34,533 bases of DNA from Salpingoeca rosetta (GCA_033442325.1 JAWQFM010000009.1:1188154-1222686), one strand, 5' to 3'. Positions 16,901 through 28,888 are shown, counted from the stretch's first letter. The notes: a model not told the origin generated them from the sequence alone. Translations and numbers: made by a program.

Positions 16901-17432
16901 TCAGCTTGCTGTGAAGAGCAAGAAACGTGTGCTTGACTTCATTTCACATCACCTGACCGCCGTCCTCGTATTTGCTGATGATTTAGCGGTTAAGAGCATC
17001 GAAGATGTGGAACGAAGGCAGGCTGAGGGATGGCAACATAAGGAAAAGAAGCGAGCTAACGCGGTTCGGAAGATGATCGAGAGGCAAAATGCAGAACTGA
17101 AGCAACAGCGTCGGGAGGAAATGGCGAAGAAACGTGAAGAGTGCTCGGAGAAGCAACAGGCAGCGCAGCCAAGGCCATCTGCGGTCGATGCACAGAAAGA
17201 GAAGCGGGAGAGTGTTAAGACGGAGGCGGATGCACAAGAATGGGTGCAGGTGGAAGTGGTACGCCGTGGGAAAGCGAAAGCACAAGCTGAGCCAAGAAAG
17301 AACGCCAAGAAGAAGGCAGAGAAGAAGAACAAGAACCAGAAAAAGAAACAAAGCAAGGCCGCCGCGGAAGACCAGTCAAACGACACCAACCAGCCACGAC
17401 GCACAAAGAAGAAGGTCATTTGTCGCTGGTAG
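13908..17432 (+). CDS. Intronless ~1170-aa protein: helical/armadillo-like region, possible SAM-like segment, ADP-ribosyltransferase-fold (DUF3990-like) domain, basic coiled-coil tail
   Basis: 3.5-kb uninterrupted non-repetitive ORF. ARM-like LIPGILACVASRNERLVHAAAVCLKHL. ART-like WYHG...DLGLSPSFYL...AAQQA...AVLVFDIP...FDWV...GQLAVKS. Start may be 13908, 13911 or 13986. Confidence 0.8.
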   Translation: MMTTKKTQRHTSVCTLDVTGEGETLPMDVEQVCQWLTDVREYDKAHKAHKSWPPFVPADATVLLKQAEALLAHGTDPKLRQRDAITFLDAATVTFEFALSIVTSTESSLRKYGISDLTDVPAIEGIIQSALGLFRVNWSGETLKDSAVLLLFAAQLLRLSFAQPYKRLLRGKQEELAREIVQAVLPSFLELAQDIEPGTNDAHLNAITRPFKLNKSHVQPMLFACLLEVLTLLLIDPKSDDSLHGPTMAELLETTRCSNDVDMALKCIVGTREVLSVIEPCLWHDEKPARQERCVRFLSALFADWSPDEADHLATISEPLIPGILACVASRNERLVHAAAVCLKHLVFRMPRIQQHVLQHDAPRVLAQAISDPCESAKVGCTIALLHALINCVFDMDSHTWVDTITESICSVTQHCSKTRDLLRVAAIATVSIEWVSRQLADNPSERAHASQQEHVRYSLCCLISALSNRVFKPLADDRRQHYDIRRNRNALWPMSLIPDADTFAARVFAAVSVTQESLDAWTGMYWLGEPSDGTVPSTLLHRLCQCGLEPMHVQRLLRDGVHAHLPLEKEAATVEFVVAELLVYVQQLAETHIPTMEIVMHTRGAMGWALRRRFWQWLQKWQKDEDALLGGMAAVSYPTLEEARSWLQEFVSVSASVPFNTPTADCQNPGVYEKLKTAVDTRTQQELSLTLGTQLKQEREVVVALSHRRLPHSRTGNKVLLTAGKATPPAGMTRWYHGCAGFQALQILQHGTVSKGTTAHAHDLGLSPSFYLHEQFSCAAQQAEARAQSGKGVGLLERSPAVLVFDIPEDELRQFNFLIVDNKQQSKCCLFASHNAESILQNLADSDDDVDALRDHVRQMANEVWRMRTRISIVRGEDSGDDDGDDDDDDDVDDDDDEDGGANPYRSRLTHSCDITKDELEQFGSGGRDDLKRQLERVTRWLAHSLDEFDWVFSHASKTPHRRLDKIALREEWGRGQTDTWAAKYLEGPRKRNTAVGQLAVKSKKRVLDFISHHLTAVLVFADDLAVKSIEDVERRQAEGWQHKEKKRANAVRKMIERQNAELKQQRREEMAKKREECSEKQQAAQPRPSAVDAQKEKRESVKTEADAQEWVQVEVVRRGKAKAQAEPRKNAKKKAEKKNKNQKKKQSKAAAEDQSNDTNQPRRTKKKVICRW

Positions 17433-17985
17433 TGCTCAAAGTGCAGCTTTGTTTTCCTTGGGGTTGTGGGCCTTATGTTTGTCCAAGTGCTCAGGCGCCC
17501 ACCTTTGCACCATCATGTTTGTTGTTGTTCTTGGTGGCGGTGTTGGCGGTGGTCGTGACTCCCATCTGTGTCGTCTCCAGCCTTGTTGTTTGTTTGACTC
17601 TGGTGCGTGTGTGCATGTTCTGTTGGAGCGTTGTGTCGTGTCTTGGATTTTCCCCTCAAGCTTCCCTCCGTTTTCCCACTTGCACAAGGCGTGTGATGCG
17701 ACTTCTTACCGTGCTCCGTCCATCCCTTTTCCCCCTTCAATTCAACTTTTTCATTTCACATAAACCCAATGAACCCATTCCATGAACAACTGGCGCATCC
17801 AAAGCACGACTGTATGAACAAGAGCAAGGAGAAGAGCGCATGCCCTCTGTACGTTTCTAATTTTAACTGCGCGTCCCACACACCATGCTTCTTCCGTCTC
17901 TTCCGTCTCTCTCTCTCTCTCTCACTCTCTCTCACTCACACACACTCTCTCTCTCTCCAACACACACACACACGCACACTTAGAC

Positions 17986-20257
17986 TTAGAAGACGGTTTG
18001 CAGCCACTGTGTCGTCTGGTCGGCGGGTGCGCGGCAGATTGGGCAGCGCGTGTTGTTGCTGGCGTTGAACCAGTCTGTGATGCATTCGCGATGAAACGCG
18101 CGGTGTCCGCACGGCAGCGTGTAGCCCGTCACCTCCGCAGTGAACTCCTCCTGGCAGATGATGCATTCTGTCGCCTCAAACACCTGCTCCGTGTACTCGG
18201 ATGCGTCTGTTTCCGGCATCTCAAAGCGCGGCTGCCGCTGCTGTCGTCGCTGCTGCTCAAACGCGCCCGCGCCAGCGCCAGCAGCAGCGCCCTGTGCATT
18301 GCGCTCTCGCTGCATCTCCAGCCACTGGTTGTGGGCCTGCCGTCGCTCTGCCAGGTCGTGCTCCCAGACGACGATGGAGCCCACCACCCACGCCACGAGG
18401 ACCACCAGCACGAGGTTGAAGAAGGCAGGGGCCAGGTACGCAGTCGTGTATAGCACCATGATGGGGACAGCAATGGTCTTGCGGCGCATGCGGCGGTGCA
18501 GGCGCGTGACGGAGACGGCCGAGCAGCCAATGTAGAACACCCACGCAAACGACGCCATACGGAACAGGTCTGCTGAACTTGCCGAGCCAACCATGATCTG
18601 GCGCCACGCTGACAGCTCGCGTAGGGTGCGGGACAGCAACGGTTGCAGAGAGGCGTATGCATCCACAATGTACACACGTGTGGCAGCAATGCCGGCCCAC
18701 GCCACCTCCGCCATATGCCACAACGTGTCCGTTGCCATTTGTGGTTTCAACCCCAACTTGTGAACCTGCACATGTGCAAGCGTATGTGGCATGCGTTGCG
18801 TGTGTGCGTGTATTGCGCGCGTGTGTTGTGTTTCGTGAGAATGGCCGTGAACATTGCCACAACAACGGTAACAGCTTCATGTACACCCGATCAGGCAAGC
18901 GAGTACAGAAAACAAACCAAGAAACACACACACACATCACACACCAACCAAACAAACAAACAAACAACATAAGGAGCGAGCACACAACCAACCAACCAAC
19001 CAACCAACCAAACCAACCAACCAACCAACCAACCAACCAACCAACCAAACAAACAAACAAACATCCATACAAACAACCAAGCATACAAACATACAAACAA
19101 CCAACCAACCAAACAAACAAACAAGCGTACCTGGTATGCACCGGCGATGACAACAGCGGCCGAGAGCATGGCCACGAGCGGATTGCGCCAGATGAGCGAA
19201 AACTGCCGCGCCCCAGCACGAGCGACGGCGCGGAGGGTGGTGGTGACGCTGACCCAGATGTTGAAGACGACACCAACGAGCATCACCCACACGCGGTGAA
19301 CGGCGCCAAACACGAAGCGCAGCAGCCGGTTGAGGTTGAACAGGGCAGCGACAGCAGCATGGATGGCGAGGGTCGTCAGCCCAAAGTCAACGTAGTCAAA
19401 CAGCGTCATGCCAAACGCGTGCACACGCCTGCTCCTCAGCGCCGTGCCCGCCATAATCACGGTGCAGCACGTGCTTGCCCACCCGGAGAGGAGGAAGGCA
19501 GCGTCGGAGAGCTGCAGGTCGCGGGCAGCGAAGAGCGGGCGGAAAAACAGGACGGTCACCGCTGCGCTGGCCAGGAACTGCAGCAGCGGTGTTGCACCTC
19601 GCACAGCCGATCGCAGCTTCATTGCCACCTGCACAACTGCGCGCACCACAACCCGCACAACCACCTTGAGTGCCCGCACCAGCTCGTGGACAAGCGCCCT
19701 CACCACCTTGCCCACCGCCCGCGCAACCGCTGTCAACACGTTGGCCACCTTGCGAGCGACGGTGACCACAACCCTCGTCACTGCGCGCAGCACCCTCGCC
19801 ACCACACGGCCAACGCGTGTTGCGACGCGTGCGGTGATGTCGGCACCAGCAACGGCGGCTCGCTTGAGCGCGCGGCCGGCAGGGGCAAGGGCGCGCTTGA
19901 TGCGTCTGCCAACCGGCCAGCTGACCGTGGCGTCGTAGCAGAAGAAGGCGAGGACAAAGTTGGTGTAGACAAGCGGGAGGGTGTCGAAGGTGGGATGGGC
20001 CATGAGCACGCGCACACTGCTGTGGATCAGGCCAGCACCAGCACCCATCCAAAGGCACGTCGACTCCAGCTCTGGGTGTGTATGTGAGGTTGGATGTGGA
20101 GGTTGGGTGTTGGGGGGGGGAGGAGTTGGAGAAGTGAGCAAGGGGCGTGGGCAAGGGGCGTGGGCAAGGGGAAAGCAGAGCGAGGGCAGCACGCGTATGC
20201 ACACATGCGCGCGTGGAGACACACAAATAGGCAGCAGAGACACACACAGATACAGAC

Positions 20258-20352
<95 letters not shown>

Positions 20353-21014
20353 CACGCACACTCGCTCACTCACACGCACCCAAAACATGACCACTCACGG
20401 CGAAATCTGCGCATGGTGAGGACGGTGCCGACGGAGATGCCCGTGGCAACGGCGACGGTGATGGCCAACGCAACAGCCACGCCCACGATGGTGGCGTCAT
20501 CGGCCGCGCGTTTATCCACGAGCGCCGTGCCGGCCCACTCCAAAAGGCAAAACGCGGTGACGCGCACTGCCATCTTGCCTGCAGGCACGATGGAGCGGAC
20601 GGTAAAGTGGAAGGGGAGCCACACATAGCGCAGGGCGCGGGGCGCATAGCGCTGTGTGTTGATGACAACAAACCACGCGGCAACGGCGGAAAGGACGGCA
20701 CAGGCCATGATGATGAGGAACATCCAGATGTCGACGAGCCAGAAACGGAGCGAGAGGAGGGGCGCATCGAGGAAGGTGAACCCCCAGCGGATGCTGGCGT
20801 GACACGCATACAACAGCGACCCGTTCACGGTGACCTAAATACAAGGGAGTGGAGTGAGATGAGGGTGAGAAGTGGGCACTCCATAATGGAATAAGCACGC
20901 AAAGGGGCAAATGCGCGGCGCACAATGGGCATGACGTGGGGCATCACGGGCACAAGATACACAAGTAAACACAAGTAAAAACACAAGTTAACAACACAAG
21001 TAAACATAAGTAAA

Positions 21015-21064
<50 letters not shown>

Positions 21065-21428
21065 TCAGCAAATGACTGACCATGAAGAGGAGGGCGGCGA
21101 CGCTGTCTGCCAGCTCGATAATCAACGGGTGGCGGTGCAGTCGCGTAAACTCAAGCAGCGACACAGTGATGATGGGGAGCACGTGCAACAGAAACCCACG
21201 TTGGTTCACGTCCTGCATTGGTGGGTGAGTGGGCAAGAGTCAGTTGTAAATGCAACATGCACACGACACACCAGACGCAGAAGGACGAAAGACAGCGTGA
21301 ATGCCACTTCCTTCCAACACACACACACACACACGTCGAAACACACACAGACAGACAGACAGACACAGACACACACACACACATACACACACGTCGAAAC
21401 ACACACAGACAGACACACACACACACAG

Positions 21429-21496
<68 letters not shown>

Positions 21497-22294
21497 GCAC
21501 AAGTACGCAAGACGCACCAGGGATGCACCGACGATGCAGGTGCACGCGAGGTGAAGGCCGGCGATGACGCGAACCATGCCCGGACCCACGTGCTTCTGCC
21601 ATTCCAAACTCCACCACTGGCGGGCGGCGCCTTGCACAGAGAACGCCAGCAGCGCCAGCGCAAAGCTGAGCAGCCGAAACGGAAACGCGGCAGCAACGTG
21701 GGTGACGGCTGCTGTGGTCGCTTCAGCAGTGTCTGCGGCCACAGCACTGTTGGCAAGCGCGTGGCTGCAATAGCCTGCAAAGGTGGCCCACAGCTTGGCA
21801 AGGATCAGCGAGGTTGCGGGGATGGACAAATACAAGACCGTATTTGATAGCAGGGACAAGCTGGCGCCCGTCAGCACAGTGGACAGCGACAGCAGCAGCA
21901 CCACTGCAGGCCAATAAATGCAGCCAAAGACAGCACACAAGGGAGTGAGAATGAAATGAAAGACACTGGTTGTTGTGGTCGGTGTGTGTGTATGGGGGGG
22001 GGGGGATGGTACAAGTATGCACACAGTAGAGGCACGTGAACGGCTCAAGGCACGAGTCAACAGGCCGGATGATGGCGTGCTTCAACTGCACCTCGAAAGG
22101 GGCTTGGCGCAGACGAGGGGGGTGCCAGCAAGTCCGCCATGGCGTCGCTGAGCAAAATCAGCGAGAAGCCCTGCAGCAGCACGCCAGCCGTCTTTCGCTT
22201 GTGCGTGTTGATCCATTGCAGCGCAGGGCGCCCTGAATATGCGTGTGTGTGTGCGTGCGTGTGTGCGTGTGCGTGCGTGTGCGTGTGTGCGCAC

Positions 22295-22328
<34 letters not shown>

Positions 22329-23017
22329 ATGCGTGCGTGCGTGTGTGCATGCGTGCGTGCGTGTGTGCATGCGTGTGCGTGCGTGTGCGTGTGTGCGCAC
22401 GCGTGTGTGTGCATTTGTGAGTGTGACAGGGAGACCCTTTGTGTATGTGTGTGTGTATTACCATCTCGATGCACGAGTTGGGGACATCGAGATCAGGGCG
22501 AAGCAAGAGCACCCACCCATATCAGGGCAAGCAACACACAGCACAGGCATCACAGCACAATGAGGCACGCACGCATCGCACCGATGGGGCTGTTGAGGAG
22601 CATGGAGGTGAGGCCGATGATGCCGACGATGAACGCTGGCAGCACGAGCCAGTACATGTCGTGCATGAAGGTGCCCGGCTCAAAGTGGATGGGGGAGATG
22701 GAGAAGGCTTTGGAGAGGTACGTGGCTCGCGGCGTGTGCGCCGGCGATGTGAAGAAGAAGCTGGCTGCCTCCGTGAACGGCGTGACAGCCACATCCCACA
22801 GCGTGCCGTTGGTGCTGGCTGAAGTGGGCAGCAGGCCAAGCCCTTGCGTGAACAGCTCAGTCGGTGACAGCGCGTGCAGCATCGACGTGGAGTGGCACCA
22901 ATCCCATAATCTTGCTGCGGGCTCCACCACCTGATAGACCACCGCTGTTGTGATGGCAGCGCCAATCCACCAGCGCCATCCGCTGTCAAGCACCGCGCTG
23001 AACGTCTCCGCTGCCAT
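17986..23017 (-). CDS. Multipass membrane protein with C-terminal RING-H2 finger (putative E3 ubiquitin ligase, ~1080 aa). Approx. exons 23017-~22582, 22232-~22092, 21903-21518, 21212-21081, 20834-20399, 20071-19131, 18765-17986
   Basis: CIICQEEF...[17 protein letters not shown]...CPICR is a RING-H2 motif. Many hydrophobic helices upstream. Phases consistent; exon 1 and 2 donors uncertain. Confidence 0.8.
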
Positions 23018-23187
23018 CGTCGATCCCGAAGATGGACGGACACCACCACCGCCTGTTGCTGCAGCCAGTCAGTGAAGCAAGAAGCAAAAAGCAAGAAGCA
23101 AGAAGAAGAGAGAAAGAGGCAGGAAAAAGAGGACAGCTGCAACAGCAACAAAACAAACACCGCCCACCATCACAAGAAGCACGCACA
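23018..23187. promoter_or_regulatory. Probable 170-bp bidirectional promoter between the RING ligase and CRAL-TRIO genes
   Basis: Divergent ATGs at 23017(-) and 23188(+). Confidence 0.45.
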
Positions 23188-24938
23188 ATGGACAGCAGTG
23201 GTGATGGTGATGGTGGTGGCGACCGGAGGGTGCTCGGTCGACGGGCTGTCTCGCAGCCCGCACTGACGCCATCGCCAGCGTCAACGTCAGGGTCAGCCAG
23301 CGAGCCCAACAACAAGACCACAGGCACAAAGAATAGTCGAAAGAAGAAAGGCGCACAGCGCTCGGCTTCGAGTTCGCAGCTGGGATCATCCTCCTCATCC
23401 TCCTCATCATCATCGCTGGCGCGGGCTCTCCGAACAGTGGACACGTCCGGCCTTGAGGTGTGTGTGCATGTGTGTGTGCATGTGTGTGTGCATGTGTGTG
23501 TGTGCATGTGTGTGTGTGTGCATGTGTGTGCATGTGTGTGCATGTGCGTTCATTACTGTGCGCGTGTTCATGTGCGTTCATTCCTGTGTGTGTGTGCGCG
23601 CGTGTGCGCGTTCGTTCCTGTGTGTGTGTGCGCGCGTGTGCGCGTTCGTTCCTGTGTACGTGTGTTCATGTGTGTTCATTACTGTGTGCGCGGTTCTCAC
23701 CCCTCTGCATCTCCCTCCAAGCTCCTCTCACTCTCTCGTCTCACCCCCCTCTGTCCCTCCTCTCCTTCCTACCCACCTTCTCCGAACTCACATGTGCAAT
23801 GCAGTTGACGGAGAGCGTTGCAGAAGGCGAGCATGCGCAGCTGCAGATCGACTTGGAGGTGGAGGACGATTGCCTACAGCAGATGAGGGCGCGCGACGAT
23901 GTGGCGGAGAACCCCCTCTCCGAGTTCTGGATGCGCGTGTGCCTGCGCGTCAAAGGATATGACGTGCCGCGGGCCGCCGCCAGCCTGAACGCCTACGCCG
24001 CGTGGCGGGACGACTACGAAATCAACCAGCGCCCGCTGCACACGGACGAACAACTGCTGGCGCTTGTGCGACACGGCGTAGTGGAGGCGCCCTGCTTTCT
24101 GGACCGCATCGGTCATCGCGTGCTCATGATCCGCATGGCCAGGGCAGACCCGTCGCGGTGGACGCCACAGGACGCCGTGCGCTGCGTGCACGTGGCCGTG
24201 GAGTACGCCTTCCTGCGGTATCCGCTTGCCCACCGCTGCGGACTCGCCTTCATGATCGACATGCGAAACATCTCCACCAGCAACATGGACATCCGCGTGC
24301 CGCACGCACTGCTCGGAGCGCTGTCCAACAACCTGCCGCTGCGCTTTGGCGCCGTGTATCTGATCAACCCGCCCCTCTTCATGCGCGTTGCCCTGAACTT
24401 GGTCAAGGTGTTCCTGAAGCGAAAGCTACAGCGCCGCATCCACATTGTCAAGGGGGATGTGTGCGACGACGACGGCATTCTCAAGTACTTTGACCGCCGC
24501 CAGCTCCCCGTGGACATGAACGGCGCGTGCGTGTACGATCACGACGCGTACTGCAGCCTGGTGGAGGCGATACATACGCACTACCCGACACCGGAGCGGT
24601 TTCTCAAGGTGTCGTCGTTCAACCGCCACCCGCCGCCAACCACGTTCCAGGGTGGCGGTGGGGATGATCGTGGTGATGGTGCTTGGGATGATGGGGATGA
24701 TCGTGGTGATGCTGGCGGGGACGGTAGTGATGAGGAGACACAGCGTGATGCACCGAGCAGCGGAGACGAGAGGGGAGAAATAACACATGCAAGCAACGAC
24801 CAGCGAGACCAGCAACAACAAGAGAAGCAGCAGGGCAGTGATGCAGCAGAAGGAGATGAGGAAGGGGTGCAGTGCATCCAACAACACGTCGCCCAAACGC
24901 CGCTATCACACACGCAACACCAACACACCCTCGTGTGA
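23188..24938 (+). CDS. CRAL-TRIO/Sec14-domain lipid-binding protein (clavesin/alpha-TTP-like). Exons 23188-23457, 23805-24938
   Basis: FWMRVCLRVKGYDVPRA (CRAL-TRIO N), DRIGHRVL, GLAFMIDMRN, LPLRFGAVYLINPP, FLKRKLQRRIH, QLPVDMNG. Confidence 0.9.
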
Positions 24939-24954
24939 CGCTGAAGTTTGTTTG

Positions 24955-25080
24955 TGTATGTGTGTGTGTGTGTGTGTGATAGAAGCTGTGTGTGTGTGTG
25001 TGTGATAGAAGCCGTGTGTGTGTGTGTGTGATAGAAGCTGTGTCTGTGTCTGTGTGTGTGTCATAGAAGCTGTGTCTGTG
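24955..25080 (+). repeat. ATAGAAGC motif x4 separated by variable GT runs, in the 3' region of the CRAL-TRIO gene
   Basis: Directly visible. Confidence 0.7.
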
Positions 25081-25331
25081 TATGCCTTAACGTATGAATG
25101 TGCAGTTGTGCCCTTCCAATGTAGCTCCCTTTATTGTTCCACCAGCAATGCCCAATCAAAGCCAAGCAATCACATTACACTGCGAGCAATCCCAATCCAG
25201 TACAAGCCTCGTGTCACTATCAACTTCACGTCAAACACACTGACCGCAGACCTCACAAGCAATACCAACCGCACACACCCCACCCCAAACATGTGCCCCC
25301 AACCAAACACACTCGACGCTTGCTCCGAGCG

Positions 25332-25677
25332 CTATGCATTGTGCTCGATGGTTGCATTGAACGACCGCTGTTGGAAATTTGTTGTGGATCAGACGGACAA
25401 GGGTGTGAGAACAAGTGGTGCGTGTGTGAGAGTTAATGTGTGAGTGCATGTGGTGTGCGAGTGTGTTGGTGTGTTGATGTGTGAGTGCCTGTGGTGTGCG
25501 AGCATGTGCAAGTGGGTTTCTGCGCAGGTGGTTCACGGCACGCTGCATTTATGTCAGCACCACCTTGTACATGCTGTCAGCAACCGCTGGGTGCGGGCTG
25601 TACGATGTCGGTGGCGGCGCATCAGACACACGCACGCGAAACCGCTCTCGCTCATGATCAGCAAGGCGTCCCCCTGG

Positions 25678-25731
<54 letters not shown>

Positions 25732-26384
25732 TGTGTGTGTGCGTGTGTTCGCGTGTGTGTAAAGGCGTGAGCGGTAAAGGAAACGGTTGTTGGACTCAGT
25801 TGCGTTGGTCATGCCCCTCAGTTTGTCTGTCAGTCTCTGTCCTCCCCTCGCACTCACTCTCCCCCCCCANNNNNNNNNNNNNNNNNNNNNNNNNNNNNNN
25901 NNNNNNNNNNNNNNNNNNNNNNNNNNNNNNNNNNNNNNNNNNNNNNNNNNNNNNNNNNNNNNNNNNNNNNNNNNNNNNNNNNNNNNNNNNNNNNNNNNNN
26001 NNNNNNNNNNNNNNNNNNNNNNNNNNNNNNNNNNNNNNNNNNNNNNNNNNNNNNNNNNNNNNNNNNNNNNNNNNNNNNNNNNNNNNNNNNNNNNNNNNNN
26101 NNNNNNNNNNNNNNNNNNNNNNNNNNNNNNNNNNNNNNNNNNNNNNNNNNNNNNNNNNNNNNNNNNNNNNNNNNNNNNNNNNNNNNNNNNNNNNNNNNNN
26201 NNNNNNNNNNNNNNNNNNNNNNNNNNNNNNNNNNNNNNNNNNNNNNNNNNNNNNNNNNNNNNNNNNNNNNNNNNNNNNNNNNNNNNNNNNNNNNNNNNNN
26301 NNNNNNNNNNNNNNNNNNNNNNNNNNNNNNGTCTCTGTCCTCCCCTCCGCACTCACTCTCCCCCCCAACCCACACACACGCACG

Positions 26385-26441
<57 letters not shown>

Positions 26442-26983
26442 CACCACCAGCACCAACGCACCTCCTTGCTTTTTGGGCGGGCTTGGGTTGTATGAGTTTG
26501 GCGGGGGCGTGTCTGTGTTTGTGACGGGGAGCTGTGTCCGCTTGGTCCTGCTTCTAAACGCGGGGTGTGGTTGGGACTTGGGCACCCCTTCCGGTCTGTG
26601 TTTTTGCTCACCGCTGACGTCATACTTGGTGGGCGGTGGCACGTGTATGTCGCATTCTGAATCGCCAAAACGCCGCGCCCGAACACCAAACGCGGCGTGA
26701 TAGTTCTGCTTCTCACCAGACTTGAAGGTTGCCCCTGTTGTGTCCTCCTCCCTCTGGTAGTCAAAGGGACTCGGCGTCATGAACGTGTCGCGTTTGAACA
26801 TAGGCTCCGTGCGGCGCGCTGTGGAATGAAATGCGCTTGTGGCGCCTTTGCTGGCCGCAGGCATCGACACGCTGTACTCAATCGGCGCAGGCGTTTCCCT
26901 GCCATTTGTTTTTGTGCGTGCGAGCGTGTGAGTGAGTGTGAGTGAGTGAGTGAGTGAGTGAGAGAGAGTGTGAGAGAGAGAGA

Positions 26984-27014
<31 letters not shown>

Positions 27015-28077
27015 TGAGTGAGCGTGTGTGTGTGCGTGTATTGCGTGTGTGCGTGTGCTTGTGAGTGTGTGTGTGCGTGTATTGCGTGTGTGCATGTGCT
27101 TGTGAGTGTATGTGCGTGTGAGTGCAAGGCACTTATTCCACGTGGCGTGGCTGGGCCATTCACACACGGCGACAACAGCATCACAGTGCAGGGAGCACAC
27201 GAGGCACCTGATGATGTGCGGTTCCTCAAAGCGCGGCGCTGTCTGCTGGAATGGCAGCCCGCTCAAGCCCGACCTGTGGTGATGGTGATGATTGCGGTGG
27301 TGGTGAGGGTGAGAGAGCAACACGAACGAAGAGAGAAGAAGCAGGGGAAACAAACTTCAGGTATGTGCGTGCCTGTGCGTGAACATACGTCTGCCTGACG
27401 GTGATGGCGGTGCGCGGGTCCGTATATGTGCCCGGCGCTGGTGCTCGCGGTTTGTCGTCCCGAAACCGCTCGCTCGTGCTGCCAAAGTGCTGAACAGCGA
27501 CAAGGGTGGTGGGGCTTGGGGATTAGCGGTTGGGTAGTGGCGGTGGTGATGGGGGGAGGGGTGGGGAGAAGGAAGGGTGGTAAAGGCTAGTGACGGCCAG
27601 ATACAGTGTTGAGAAGCTTGTAACACACCCACCACACACNNNNNNNNNNNNNNNNNNNNNNNNNNNNNNNNNNNNNNNNNNNNNNNNNNNNNNNNNNNNN
27701 NNNNNNNNNNNNNNNNNNNNNNNNNNNNNNNNNNNNNNNTATCAAAGGGCAGCATGCCATCTGCCTGTCAGCATACCCCAAGCCGCGCCACTTTGATATC
27801 AGCCGTTGCCACTGGTGCTACATAAAGCCAATAGAGCATGTGGGAAAGCCATGTGTATATACATGTATCATGTACAGACTAAGTGTATGGAGTGTAATGC
27901 GCGACAGAGCGCGAGTGCGGAGAGCGTATATGTATGTATTATATGTGTATAATACATGTTATGCATGTGTACGTGTATGGTAGGGGTGAAACACGTGTGA
28001 GGCGCGGGCAGGAGGGGATGGGTCAGTGCATGCATTCAAGAGAGAGATGGCAATACACATGTCAACGATAACTATTC

Positions 28078-28143
<66 letters not shown>

Positions 28144-28888
28144 TCTGCATGTGCTTGCTCATGTACCGTGACGTCGTAAGTGCCTGGGCCAAGCCGGCGG
28201 CCAGATCCCACGCGCGCCTTTGCCTTGTGCAGCGTCCCATCCGGCCCAACTGATGTGAATGAATGTACACACGCGTGCACATACCAGCGTTGAGAACTCA
28301 AGGTGGGTTGTGCAACAATGTTCAACTCACACAGACGCCCAGACGCACAGATGGACAGAGGCACACACGCACACACGCACACACACAGACAGACACACCC
28401 ACAGACACAGACACACACCCACAGACACAGACACACACCCACAGACACAGGCACAGACACAGGCACAGAGACACACACACACACACAGACACGCACGCAC
28501 GCACCAACGTAGCCAGCCGTCTCAAATCGCGCGGGAATGGTAGCTGCGGTGGATTTGCGCACAAACTGCACGCGCGAGGCTGCGGGCGGCTTGTTGATGG
28601 ACATGGTGGTGGTCTTGCGCTGCTTCTGTTGGCCCTTGAGCGATGTGGCGATGTTGTAGGTGTTGGGCGGCGGCGCACGTGTTTCGTCCTTGTCAAATCG
28701 CCTCGACTGCAAGAGCACATAGTGGGGGAGGGGATGAGATACAGCGAAACTGATTCTGCTGCACACGAGCGTCCCCACGTGCCACAAACCACAGGCGAGG
28801 CAGCCACAAGCAGGGACAAGCGGGGGTTCCAAGAAGGTCTTACCCGATTCGACAGCGTGGACGCGCCGACAATGTGCGTGGACGATTG
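25332..28888 (-). CDS. STPG2: Sperm-tail PG-rich (SHIPPO-repeat) protein, STPG2-like, 5' exons missing; multi-exon, spans two N gaps
   Basis: Repeated P-x-P-x-x-Y units (PPPNTY, LGPGTY, PAPGTY, PSPFDY, PPPTKY, PPPTSY). [13 protein letters not shown]...[15 protein letters not shown] resembles the recalled STPG2 segment. Last exon [11 protein letters not shown]. Confidence 0.8.
25870..26330. other. Assembly gap (461 N); other gaps at 13703-13802, 27640-27739, 31310-31542
   Basis: N runs. Confidence 1.

Noticed and set aside
18657-20087. 476-aa + strand ORF
   Set aside because: Antisense shadow of the RING-ligase exon plus an intronic (CAAC/CAAA)n repeat
27740-27798. Inverted repeat TATCAAAG...CTTTGATA
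   Set aside because: Short and abuts an N gap; likely chance or a contig-end artefact
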